DNA from: Haliotis rubra
Taxonomy: Eukaryota
Assembly: GCF_003918875.1 (NCBI RefSeq)
Contig: NW_025767351.1
Coordinates: forward strand, 186,001 to 250,000
Length of the DNA: 64,000 bases
Direction of reading: 5' to 3'
Shown: positions 1 through 12,284 of the stretch, piece by piece
Layout of the letters: every line of letters starts with the position of its first letter
Numbering within the stretch: position 1 is the first letter of the stretch
Made by a program: the position numbers and the translations under genes
The notes under the pieces: generated by a model
What the model saw: the letters and a program-made list of their open reading frames with translations, nothing else
Told to the model about the DNA's origin: nothing
The model's database searches: none

Positions 1-245
1 GAAGCCCATTTGTGGTGTCCCCCGCCGTGATGTTGCTGGAATATTGCTAAAAGCGGCGTAAAACCAAACTCAGTCAGTCAGTCAGTCACTGTCTATTCAC
101 TTCAGTTAGGGGTGGTTGGGTAGCTAAGTGGGTTCGCTCGAAGACCCGGGTTTGAGTCCCTACATGGGTACAATGTGTGAAGGTCATTTCTGGTGGTATT
201 GCTAAAAGCGACGTAAAACCGTACTCATTCGCAGCAGTCAGTCAG
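1..245 (+). mobile_element. Two tRNA-derived SINE (family 1) copies, the first cut by the window edge
   Basis: Shared body gaagcccatttctggtgtcccccgccgtga...gctaaaagcggcgtaaaac plus (tcag)n tail. Confidence 0.85.
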
Positions 246-632
246 TAACTTGATGCACGGCTCCTACACTGTCAGACATTTGGTTGTACAGGTCCATGGG
301 TGATCAAGTACATTTAACTAAGTGAACGCACTCTTAGTTCGTGTTTCCACTTGGGATTTCGGGTTCCTTGTTTACCCGACAAATACACTGGGCAGTATTC
401 CGTGTGATTATTGACAACTGAATTCTATTGTTTATAAGAATGTATTGTTAATGAGCTCAAGGTAACGTCCTGACACCTCACACACTACACACAATCATTT
501 CTATTAGCTCTACCAAGTGACGCTTATATATCTCCCGAATACATAATTAAGAAAACGTCTTGAAACTAGAAATATCCTAGCAGAGCTCTGGCGCGGTTTG
601 TTTCCATTCCCATTTCCACAGTGTCAGTAACC

Positions 633-841
633 NNNNNNNNNNNNNNNNNNNNNNNNNNNNNNNNNNNNNNNNNNNNNNNNNNNNNNNNNNNNNNNNNNNN
701 NNNNNNNNNNNNNNNNNNNNNNNNNNNNNNNNNNNNNNNNNNNNNNNNNNNNNNNNNNNNNNNNNNNNNNNNNNNNNNNNNNNNNNNNNNNNNNNNNNNN
801 NNNNNNNNNNNNNNNNNNNNNNNNNNNNNNNNNNNNNNNNN
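633..841. other. Assembly gap (N run)
   Basis: Ns. Confidence 1.
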
Positions 842-1484
842 CGCCACAAAACAAACATTCTTTCATTCATTTATAAAGCGTTTTCATCACGTCTCAAACC
901 CGGGTTTCATTCGGCCCACGGGTACAATGTTTCAAGATTATTGTTTGATATTGCTAACATATCACATGTCACTCACTCACTCACTCAATGGGCAACATGG
1001 AAGGTAGTTGATACATTAGGTCTAACCTCTTTACACTCTGTCGTCGGATTAGTGCACATGCTGCGTTTTCCACCAATCAGAGCAATATTTCAATTGTATC
1101 CTGGCGTGTCAGTATCTTGATTTTGGGAATCGAACCCGTGTCTTCGTCGTGACGATCGAACACTTTAACAAAAAGGTGATTAGCACTAACAGGCCGTTAC
1201 TTAAACAATTTGTAAAACACATTGAAATGTATTTCGTCCATCTAAACTTTTTCCATGACATTAAGCGTGAGATAACTCTGTCGCTTTAACCACTGAGCTA
1301 TCCATCAGCAGTGTAATGGCCGGCCTGCACTTTCTTGGTTCAACTTGGTGATCTTTTTGTCACAAAATCGGGATCTACATTTAGCTTGTATTCCTAAATA
1401 CATGAAACCACAAGTTTGGGTACTTTATGTATGTATGAGTTCGAATCCGAACCACTATCAGCAGATCCGGGCCGAGATCGACAA

Positions 1485-1620
1485 ACCATGTTTGTTCGTT
1501 GTTTAACGCCTCACTCAGCAATATTCCATCTGTATGGCGAAATATAATAATCGAGTCTGAACCAGACAATTCAGTGATCAACGGCATGAGCATCGATGAC
1601 CAGTCTATGGAATGCTATCG
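1485..1620 (-). mobile_element. Short retroposon family 2, 3' part
   Basis: Reverse complement of ...gatcactggattgtctggtccagactcgattatt...gctggaatattgctgag...ttaaacaac. Confidence 0.75.
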
Positions 1621-3329
1621 TCAGTTCCGGCGTAGATAGGTCTTTAATGGCCCAAGTCGCCTTAAAACACAAATACCCGCATAGGGCGCCTAACTGCAAG
1701 TGTTTGAAAGCGTGTATGCTAATGAACGTTATACTGGGAGATAACAACCATTGCATCTGTTTTCATTACCCTCCCCGGCTGTGACGTTTGTGAGACTTGC
1801 ACGCGTGAAACGGATATTACAGAGTGGGCTTGTCACACCTAAGCACGCTGTTAAACTGTGTAATGTCACGTTAAACAGCCATCCAAACACTCTCTGTTAA
1901 ATACTTGTCGGCGCTATTAGGTTTGACACTACCGCCACGATCACTATCATAATAGCTTACCGTAAATCCAATAGCATTGATTTTGTGGGCTACAGTGAAC
2001 ACAGTTTCCGAACCGTGAGCTTTATCAACTGAAGGCCATATCTAGTCTGGTTTCAGACATCGTGATAGCACGAGATAGGACAAGGACTCCTTGTGACAGA
2101 TACCACTCGAAAGAAGTCAAAGATCATCTGTTCTTCTATTGCTATAGTCAACAAGTATACAAACCTTTGTGTAGCTGTTGTTGCGTTTGAGACCTGTAAC
2201 CACGGTACCAACAAATAAGGAAAATCTCACGAACACTAATTTTCACGAAATTTGGTCAAAATCTAACTAAAACATGTATCCGATATTTACAGCATTGGCG
2301 AAACCCACAAGCTTACAAAGCATAATCGAAACGAAACGGAATTCGAATCCCCAGTCGTAGGTTCCTGGTGTGTCCAAGGGACGCAACTGTGCACCTCATA
2401 TTGCAGCTCCTTGGACGACTATCAGTCGGATTTATTCACATTTTGAACGGACCCCGAGTAACGTCTTGGACAGAGATTCGGTTCATTCACAATTCTCTCA
2501 TTTACCTCCAAGTCGTAGAATAATGCTTGTTGGTGTTACCAGAACACTCCCAGAACACTACCAAATAAAATTTATGAATTTATCGCCAAGTACCGTGTGA
2601 CATATATAATATAATTAAGTTTTTTTTTCCTAAATATACGGTCATATGTATGGAGTTTCCACTGCCATTGCTAATGTGATATTTTAACACAAGTCTATAG
2701 ACAATGCATTCCAATTTATGCTTCGTATTGATCGCGTTCGTCGTCAATATATCACAATATCAATATCAAACGCCATTCTAAAATAAACACTGATAGAAGT
2801 CAACTAATTAAAGTCGTATCTGTGTAAAACAGGAACTTCACAGCTGTATTGATATTCTTGGAAACCATCTTGTCAGTTCACGTAGAAAAGCAGGCTGATA
2901 ACGAAGATGAAAGCGTCTTTTTAAATTACGTTTTTTAAGCTCGATATGTGTGTTTTCTGTCACTCATAATAGGTTAATTAAGTAATGTATACGGATCCTC
3001 AGGCGCCGACGTATACTGCCTTGATTGACAGTGACGTATGGTGTTACCCATTTAGATGCTGCAATGCCGTATTACTTGAAGGTAATGTTCGTTGTTCAAG
3101 GCCACGTATTAATTAATCAAACAAACGTTTATTGATAAGAGTGTGATGCTGCTTCTTGTTTTATCCCACAGATGGTTATCTAGTATTGCAACTAATCCAT
3201 GGGGCTTTTAAATCACACAGCTGGACAATACAATATGCTATAATAACGTTAACAGAAGACGCTTTTAAAATTAAAGAAAGACTAAAAACAGACGATTAAG
3301 AAATATGGCATTTTGTCACATACTCTGAG

Positions 3330-3355
3330 TTTGTGTGAGCGTGTGTGTGTGTGTG

Positions 3356-3400
<45 letters not shown>

Positions 3401-3878
3401 GCTTCGGGGTTTTTTTTGTGTGGCTGTTTGTTTTCCTTTGGTAATTTTGTTTTGGTTGTGTGTGTGTGTGTTTTTGTGTCCTGTTATATTTGTGTGTGTG
3501 GATGTTTGTTTTCCTTTGGTAATTTTGTTTTGGTTGTGTGTGTGTGCGTTTTTGTGTCCTGTTATATTTGTGTGTGTGGCTGCGTGTGTTTGTAGTTTGT
3601 TGTTATTTGTGTATATGTGTATGTGTTTTAAAGATATTTGTGTGTGCGTGTTTTTGTTTTGTTGTTATTTGTGTCAGTGTGTGTTTGTGTTTTGTTTTTA
3701 TTTGTGTTTTTGGTTACTTGTGTTTTGTGTTATTTGTGTTTTGTTATTTTGTCATTTGTTTTGTTGTCATTTGTGTGCGTTCGTGTTCGTGTTGTTTTTT
3801 CTGTGTCTGTGGGTGTGTATGTGTTTGTTTTCTTGCTCTTTCTGACTGTGTGTTTTGTATCTGTGTATGTGTGTGCGA
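3330..3878. repeat. (TG)n and TG/T-rich low-complexity tract
   Basis: Seen directly. Confidence 0.95.
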
Positions 3879-4416
3879 TGAAGCGGAGTCCGTATTCTAT
3901 AGCATAAGCAATTTTAATACTGTCCTGGTTCCATGGAAATCAGTGAAGCATATCGTACAGTCGGTTTCTTCCGGGTCCACTTTGAAGTAAATAGAAATTC
4001 GGTATCAACACACAAGGCGTCCTTTGCGACCAGACTCACCGTCGGGGTAGGATACGTTTCCCTGTTCGCCCCTTGGCATTCTCACCAGAAGGTTATGTGA
4101 AAAAATACACCTCGCCAGGATTTCCCGTCTTTTTGAGCATGCAAAAACCTAATTCATCCGCTACACTGGCGCCACGATATATGAAGTTTCGGTTACAAAC
4201 CAGATCATCTTGACATTCATATCAGCTGGTCCCCTTTGACTGTTGCGAATAGACTCCTACGCTACCACACCGTCTGTCACTCAAAGTACCGATGTTGACA
4301 CCGCTCAGAACCAAACTCTATTGATCTGTCTGTAAAGCATTCGTTCACACGTCTTAAGGCAGGCAACCTGCTGAAAAACGTTCATTTCTAAACCTTTGAA
4401 TTTTACCTAGGAAATC

Positions 4417-4606
4417 AACCCGTGAACATCCGGGTTAGAATTTGTCTTCTGGAGCGGGTGGTCAGACTGGCTGACTTGATTGATACATGTGATCGTATCA
4501 TGCTGTTTAACACTGGATTGTCTGGTCCAGACTTGATTATTTACAGACCGCCGCCATATAGCTGGAATATTGCAGAGTGCGGCGTTAAACAACAAACAAA
4601 CAAACG
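4417..4606 (+). mobile_element. Short retroposon family 2 (internally deleted)
   Basis: Head cccgtgaa.atccgggttagaa, shared body, (aaac)n tail. Confidence 0.85.
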
Positions 4607-4944
4607 AATCCCTAGAAATCATTTGTTTAAATACAAAGTGGTGTCAGGGACGGAGTACGAGAAATAGTGAAGGGTTTTGTGGGTGGTGTCGGGTGTGTCA
4701 AGGCCAAACCTTATTATTTTGGTCCTCTTTACACAGGCAAAGTCGTCTCGTTTCTAAACCCCTCCAGAAGAGGGGTTTGTTTCTGGGCCTCCTTCCACAA
4801 AGCGCTAAGGTGATCGTAAGTCACTAAGGTAACCTTAGTGCAATGTTAAAGAATGGGAGTTAAGGTTAACCTTAGTAAAGGTTGCTTCGTGAAAGGAACC
4901 CCTGGTCCTTACAGTAACAATCACTACAGCGACCAGTGCCTACA

Positions 4945-5724
4945 CTGACTAACTTCTGCAATGGCAAATGGATACAGTGACAATGCCTACTCTGACCAAT
5001 GACCACGGCAACTACTGCCTAGAGACACATGCTTATAGTGACAATGCCTTACGTGACGAAAGTCTGCAATGGCAATTGGATACCGTGACAATGCCTACTC
5101 TGACCAATGACCACAGCAACTGCTGCCTAGAGACACATGCTTATAGTGACAATGCCTTACGTGACGAAAGTCTGCAATGGCAAATGGATACCGTGACAAT
5201 ACCTACTCTGACCAATGACTACAGCAACTGCTGCCTAGAGACACATGCTTATAGTGACAATGCCTAACGTGACTAAAGTCCGCAATGGAAAATGGATACA
5301 GTGACAATACCTACTCTGACCAATGACCACAGCAACTGCTGTCTAGGGACATATGATTATAGTGACATTGCCTTACGTGACTAACTTCTGCAATGGCAAA
5401 TGGATACCGTGACAATACCTACTCTGACCAATGACTACAGCAGTTTGCCTAGAGACACGTGCTTATAGTGACAATGCCTTACGTGACTAAAGTCTGCAAT
5501 GGAAAATGGATACAGTGACAATACCTACTCTGACCAATGACTACAGCAACTGCTGCCTAGAGACACGTGATTATAGTGACAATGCCTTACGTGACTAAAG
5601 TCTGCAATGGAAAATGGATACAGTGACAATACCTACTCTGACCAATGGCCACAGCAACTGCTGCCTAGAGACACGTGCTTAGAGTGACAACGCCTTACGT
5701 GACTATAGTCTGCAATGGCAAATT
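4945..5724. repeat. 108-bp tandem repeat, ~7 copies
   Basis: Same motif (agtc[t/c]gcaatgg) at 5061, 5169 and 5277. Confidence 0.95.
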
Positions 5725-5820
5725 CATAGACTTGACTCTCTAGACTTGTAACTGCACAGACTAGTGACTTCAAAATGTCCACAGTGACTAACGCATGCAG
5801 TACCTAATGCCTACTGTACA

Positions 5821-5995
5821 AGTGAGTGAGTGAGTGAATGTGTATATTCTTACGCCGCGTTTAGCAATATTCCAGCAATATCACGACGGGGGACACCAGA
5901 AATGGGCTTCACACATTGTACCCATGTGAGGAATCGAACACGTGTCTTCCGCGTGACGAGCGGACGCTTTAACCACAGTGCTACCTCACCGCCCC
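5821..5995 (-). mobile_element. SINE family 1
   Basis: A/B boxes, tRNA-Asp-like head, (tcac)n tail. Confidence 0.9.
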
Positions 5996-6914
5996 GCCTA
6001 CTCTAACAATTGAATACGGTGATTCATGATGGTAACCAACAGTGTTGTTTTACGCCGCAATATTCCATTCGTTGTTAGAATGTATCTGAGATACTGGATC
6101 ACACCACCACAACCAGGGCAAGAAACACGCTGACCTTGGTATAGTTGGATCAGACCCCATTATGACGCTATATTAAATCCACGGATATAACTTTGGTAAC
6201 TCTGGTCCATAAGTAATGACCAGTTAGTGCAGCACGTACTGAACAGGTACTGTATGGCGCCGTTTTCCAATGACCATTTACAGAAGCAGTGGAGCGGCTT
6301 AAGCCCAACTATAAGGAAACTGCTTCCAACCATCTTGATGGTCAGGTCAAAATAGCAATATCAAGATTAGACTAAGCGTTAGAATCGAGAACCAACTAAA
6401 GGGAACCCTTCCGGAAGATTTATCACTGCTCTTTCCGTTTCAAAAAACATTTGCAAGGTCACCAGTCCGAGGGAGTAGGCAGAAGAAAAGGGCAATGATG
6501 TGAGATGCTTCGGGTGAGTTTTTGCATGAGAGATATACATGATTTGAAAAATAAGCTGGTTTGAAAGAAGTGACGTGATTAGTTATATGGTCGCAATAGA
6601 AACGCATTTGAGTGTGATTTTCTCAGTGAACAGAGCAATGAGATGAGATGCTTCGGGGTATCCTTGCGAGCGAAATTCATACTTGATTTAAAGTTAAGCT
6701 AGTTTGAAAAGAGAGGTGCATTTAGGCTCTATCCGAAAATAGTATCGTATTTGAGCGAGATTTGAGTGATATGTGTGAAGGGTAGCAATTGCAAGAATAA
6801 TCACTTCTGAAAGTCTTTCCTCAAGTTGGATATACTTCGAAACATTTTTGGGAGTAGGTAAGTGAGTGAGTATGATGCTCGGCAATAGATGTATGAGCAA
6901 TAATCTGTCCTTTA

Positions 6915-7091
6915 GTGAGTGAGTGAGTGAGTATGGTTTTACGCCGCTTTTAGCAATATTCCAGCAATATCACGGGGGGGGGGGGGGGAGGCACAAAAAA
7001 TTGGCCCCACACATTGTATCCATGTGAGAATCGAATCCAGTCTTCGGCGTTACAAGCCAACGCTTTGACCACTAGGCTACCCCACCGCCCC
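6915..7091 (-). mobile_element. SINE family 1 with 13-bp TSD aatctgtccttta
   Basis: Family body; TSD seen on both sides. Confidence 0.9.
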
Positions 7092-7202
7092 AATCTGTCC
7101 TTTAAATCGAATACGTATATAGTGCTTTGTGTTGGATTTCCTTTGAATATGGAATGGGTTTTTACGCTCTTTTTGTTTGTCAGAAGTGGTCATAACTCAT
7201 TA

Positions 7203-7345
7203 GTGGTGATGATGATGATGATGATGATGATGGGACTGGTGGTGGAGATGATGATGAAGACGAAGATGATGGAGCTGGTGGTGGAGATGGTGGTGAGGAA
7301 GATGATGAGTAGTCGTAGTAGCAGTAGTAGTTGTAATAGTAGTGA
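7203..7345. repeat. (GAT/GGT/AGT)n trinucleotide tract
   Basis: Seen directly. Confidence 0.9.
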
Positions 7346-8554
7346 AAAGGTTCAACTCAGCTTCAGCCCGGGCCCACGAACTCCTTACAAAACTAGATAT
7401 ACACATTGCTGGAAGAATGTGTGTGTGTGTGTGTGTGTGTGTGTGAGTATGGTTTTAAACTCTTAAAGTAATAGACAAGTAATGCCTCGGCGGGGGACAC
7501 CAAAAATGATCTTCAAACTTTGTAAGGAATCGAACCCGTGCAAACACCTTAACCACAAGACCACCCCGCCTCCCCGCAGCTGCCGACAAAGGGTTTAACT
7601 CCTTGAGAGATAGGATACATTCAGTCGGGCTCTCCACGGACCACAAAGCCTCGAATCATGTGTAAACAAACGGAGAATCACTTAACACTTCAACAAGTTG
7701 GTATTATCAAAATCGAACGCTCTATTACAGTTCCTTTTACACAAATTGCCATTACATATATGTCACTGAACATGATTTAACAGGAAAAATCAATCTTTAA
7801 GTATTTCGTAAGGAAGATGAATATTTGCCTTACAATATACATGTTAATCAGGGTGTATCGATCAAGCTGGTAATGGGGGTTCAATGTTTGCTATCAATCT
7901 GTCTGATTTAGTAGGTTTAATCGATCCTTGTTGGAGCATCAAACTAGGTGTAATTATGAATAGGAGCTGTGCGTGAAGCCGTGTGTCAATATGCTAAATG
8001 GTGATGAAGAGGACTTGACACCGCGATCTGGGAACTGTTCCTCCAGTACAAGAGGAAATGTAACATCGCACGACCCACTGGAGTGCTGCCTTACCTTGAA
8101 GCCCAGGTAAAACACTTTTTACATTACATTGATAGAACAGGGGAAAGTTTTGTTAACGCTAAATTGGCTTCTTCACGAATTTTCGGGTAATGATTTGGTT
8201 CGGAAGAGAATTTACTGCTACGGTGGTTTAAAAGGATATATTTTAGCTTAAAACCATCGTTTCAGTGCCGCTTTGATGGCTCTGTGTACTGGGAACTCTG
8301 TTCACTAGGCGACAGTAGCCCTACATGTACATCCATCGCCAGTATGATTTAGTATAATCTAACCAATTCATCTGGAATTGGTCATAAGTCGACTGGGCTG
8401 TCGTTGTGAAGGTCGTGGAACAAAGACCGATAGATGGAATGGGGAAAGGGATGATACGTAAATGTTCCACGCTTAAAACGTGGTATGGTTTGGCACAAAG
8501 TATAGATGGTCCTTAAAGAAAAGGCACCGCGGTTCCCCTAGGGTGGGTCGTTCA

Positions 8555-8718
8555 GGGCGGTGGGGTAGCCCAGTGGTTAACGCGTTCGCTCGTCACGCTG
8601 AAGACTCGGGTTCGATTTCCCACATGGGTACAATGTGTGAAGTCCATTTTTGGTGTCCCCCGCCGTGATATAGCTAGGATATTGCTAAAAGCAGCGTAAA
8701 ACTAAACTCACTCACTCA
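8555..8718 (+). mobile_element. SINE family 1
   Basis: Full head (TAGCCCAGTGG A box, GGTTCGATTTCC B box) and tail. Confidence 0.9.
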
Positions 8719-9025
8719 TAGCTCGTTCACCTTTACAAGGACTCCAGAAGACCCCAAAATGAATTTCTTTCTGCACACGTCAGGACTTCTTGATTGACTG
8801 AACATTTCCAATCTGGTAGAACAATGCATTCGAGTTATCGTGTTTGTGCATCTTTTCTGTTACACAAATCTTGCATCAATTTTGTTGCTTCATGACGATG
8901 TGTGGATTTAATAAAGCGATTGTTTACTGAAAAAGACCAGGTGCTTACAGTTGAATGCAGTGGCGATTCTATTGAGTTAGTTGTGTTAGACGCTGCTTTG
9001 AATAATATTTCAGGTATATCCCGGT

Positions 9026-9171
9026 CAGGGGCGTAGCTACCATTATTTAAAAAAGCCTGAGCTTACTCATGATTGTTGCTAAAAAGGTTGGACAAGCCCT
9101 CAATACTATCTAAAGGTAAATCTTTGCAACCTATCGGGCTTACACGAAAAAATTGGCTTGCTACGCGCCTG
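9026..9171. mobile_element. MITE with CAGG..CCTG ends and 5-bp TSD ccggt (hAT5-like?)
   Basis: TIR caggggcgtagc/gctacgcgcctg; ccggt on both sides. Confidence 0.7.
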
Positions 9172-9888
9172 CCGGTGTTCAGCGTGATGTGAGAGAAACG
9201 CCCGGAGTGAGGCAAGTGTTAGATGTTTGCCACTTTGCCAAGAGCAAGGGTGCTGACAAAGCAAGAAACAAACCAAAGGCAAACTGAGAATCGATCCAAA
9301 GTTCATTGGTTAGTGAAACGGCTTTAAGACAACATGGCCACTTGGTCAGTACACGTGCTTCAGATTTAGTGCGGTCAGATGAATATGGTCTGGTTCCACT
9401 GCGGTTGACAGCATTGCAATGCACTTTGTCCAGCGTCAATGATTTTGGTGTAAACCCGCTTTGTAGAATATTTTCTTATATTACGGCGTACTGTCAGTTT
9501 AATGCCGGAAGAAAATCCAAAATGGTCGTAGGCGTTCAAGCTTGGTGCATATACCAAGGTTAATCATTTTGCAATTTGGAAATCGAAGTCCCAAACAACT
9601 AATAGACACGCCATTAAACTGTGAGATGTAGCAGGGCATGTACCATGTGTTATATTTGGGATTACACTTTCTTAGTAAAGTACTGATTCTAGTGCTTTTG
9701 TTGGGTTGAGTCCCATCCGGGATTCGAGCCCACACTCTCAGAGTCAGGCACCTATTCGCCAGCACAGAAATGGAATTCTGAAAACTGGTAGCCCAGACCA
9801 CGGACTTTGTGTACCTCTCTGATAAGTGTAAATTGGCACGGCTCCCACGGCCTAGACTACCAGTTGTCGGATTTTCTTTGTGGAAGAC

Positions 9889-10719
9889 AAGGATAGTTAC
9901 TGGTTTACTAAAATATGCTACTAGAGATACTCTAATTTATGAAACAGGTTGGCAATTGTTAAAAGAGAGAAGAAGATGTCGTAAACTGTCTTTATTCTAT
10001 AATATCTACAACAAAAATGCTCCATCCTACCTTTGTGATCTCATGCCTCAAATTGTTGAATCTAGGACAAAATATAATCTTAGAAACATTCGTGATCTTT
10101 CCCTGTCCTATTCCCGCACAAGTACCTACAGTCAAGCATGTTTCCCATCATCTTCACAACTCCCGTTATATGTTATAGAATCGGTTTCCCTTAAAGGTTT
10201 TAAATCGCATATAAGCTCGCGTAAGTCAAAAGCACCAGGATATTTCTCATTTGGTAATAGAAAACTCAATGTAATTCATACCCAGGTAAGATATTCAAAT
10301 AGTAGATTAAATGATGATCTATATAGGATTGGTCTTATAGAGAACCCTGAATGTAATTGTAAAATTACCTGTGAAAATCTCATCATTATTTTATGGAATG
10401 TTCTTTGTATTCTTATATCAGACAGGAAATGTTTCAAAATATAAGCAGAATTTGTAACATTAGAGTGCCAACAAACCTAGACGTACTATTAAATGGCAGT
10501 GCAGATCTTCCGTACAGTGACAATATTCAGATTTTTAAAGAAGTTCAAAAAAATATATATTAAACTCCAAAAGGATCAGTAATTGGATATAATGTTTATG
10601 ATCTAAATATTTCATGTATTCAATGTATTGATTTATTTATGATGTCTAATTCTCCTTTTGTATATATCTTTCTATCCCTGTACATATAGTTTGTTTCACT
10701 TGAATAAATATGTTTAAAA
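9889..10719 (+). mobile_element. 3' fragment of a CR1-group LINE ORF2 (RT C-terminal part and 3'UTR)
   Basis: ORF 9809-10444: RIVTGL..ETGW..L.ERR...KL.LFY.I...APSYL...YNLRN..C.C; tail aataaatatgtttaaa. Confidence 0.85.
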
Positions 10720-10800
10720 CCACGGACTTTGTGTACCCCTCTGATAAGTGTAAATTGGCACGGCTCCCACGGTCTAGACTACCAGTTGTCGGACTTTCTT

Positions 10801-11249
10801 TGTAATTCATACCCAGCTAAGATATTCAAATAGTAGATTAAATGATGAGATCTATATCGGATTGGTCTTATAGAGAACCCTGAATGTAATTGTAAATTTA
10901 CCTCCAGAAATTCGCATTATTACTTTTATGGAATGTTCTTTGTATTCTTATATCAGACAGGAAATGTTTCAAAAAATATTAGCAGAATTTACATAACATT
11001 AGAACGCCAACAAAACCTAGACGTACTATTAAATGGCAGTGCAGATCTTCCAAAATAGTGACAATATTCAGATTTTTAAAGAAGTTCAAAAATATATATT
11101 AAACTCCAAAAGGATAAGTAATGGGATATAATGTTTATGATCTAAATATTTCATGTATTCAATGTATTACTTTATTTTAAATGTCTAGTTCTCCTTTTGT
11201 ATATATCTTTCTATCCCTGTACATATAGTTTGTTTCACTTGAATAAATA
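10801..11249 (+). mobile_element. Second, shorter copy of the same LINE 3' end
   Basis: Near-identical to 10270-10710. Confidence 0.85.
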
Positions 11250-12284
11250 AACTAGTGTCCAAAAGAAACGATACCACGTGTTTCAAAGATCACTAAATGA
11301 AAACAAAACAACATAGACATTTCAAATTGATATCTTTCATTAGATAAATGATTTTACGGCATGTGTACAAAAAGTCATTGCAACCAAAGATTTACAATCA
11401 TTAACACAGGGCTTTAAACGAAGTGTGGTGCCCAAAATTGAAATTTCATTTTAGCACAGTGGAGGAGGCTAGTGAGGGTAGTCTCTGAAAACCGGGTACC
11501 ACTTTAGTGTACTGGGTATGTCCACCAGCAGCTGCGATACATGCCATGACACGCCTCCGCGATTGATGACGTCAAACGTCGGATGACGTTAGGGGCGATT
11601 TGGTTGCCACTCATCCTGGAGACAATGTTCCAATCTGTTGGAGGTTGGCTGGGGCGCAGGGCGTTTTCTCGATTTTCCGATTGAGGTGATCCCATGCTCA
11701 ATGGGATTCAAATCCAGAACACGTATGGCCATGGCAAAACCCGTATGTTGGCGTTGGCAAGGAAGTTCTGGTCAATCTTTGCCGTATGAGGCCTAGTGTT
11801 ATCGTGTGCTGGAACACGATTCCTCCTCGATGCTGCGTTGGCCGAATGACTGCATGACTGGTCGTAAAACCTCATCCTGGTAACGCTGTGCGTTCAGGGT
11901 TCCCCCGAATAACAGACGAGCCTCGTTTTTCTACATCACCGCAGATACTTCCCCACATCATTACACCTCCGCCTCCAAATGCATGGACTTTCTGGATGCA
12001 GTTCGGCGCCAAAACGTTCACGAACTCTTTCGGTATGGGCCTCGCTGCCGACCATCGTTCTTGTAAAGGCAAAACCGGCTTTCGTCCGGAAAACAAGACA
12101 CGTGCCGCTCACGTTGCCACCGCCGGAACATCGCCTGGCCCATATCATCAATCGGTTGATCTCTGCTTTGACGTGTCAGGTAGGCTCCGCGGTAGGGGCG
12201 ACGTGCACGGATACCATGTACCTGCAGTCTCCCCAGACGGTTTGTCGACTGATCCGGTGTCCCAGTCCCGTCGCCGCCGTTAAC
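11250..12284 (-). mobile_element. Degraded Tc1-family transposon (frameshifted DDE transposase, one TIR)
   Basis: Motifs FPDESRF, GGGGVMMWGSI, HDNTRPHTA, DLNPIEH, GGHTQY; TIR-like actagtgtccaaaag after TA. Confidence 0.88.

Noticed and set aside
566-1007. ORFs spanning N runs (also 13717-14283)
   Set aside because: Artefacts of assembly gaps
2148-2204. Chance C-C-V-TGA (CxxU-like) on the + strand after an acceptor-like site
   Set aside because: Followed by TAA two codons later; no Rdx motifs or SECIS nearby
3056-3183. Tiny exon-like pair (ag|ATGCTGC...GAAG|gtaatg; cccacag|ATGGTTATCTAG)
   Set aside because: Too short, with no recognisable product
3345-3990. Cys/Val-rich ORFs
   Set aside because: Translations of TG low-complexity sequence
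8555-8630. tRNA-Asp-like sequences
   Set aside because: SINE heads followed by a shared body, tail and TSDs; not tRNA genes
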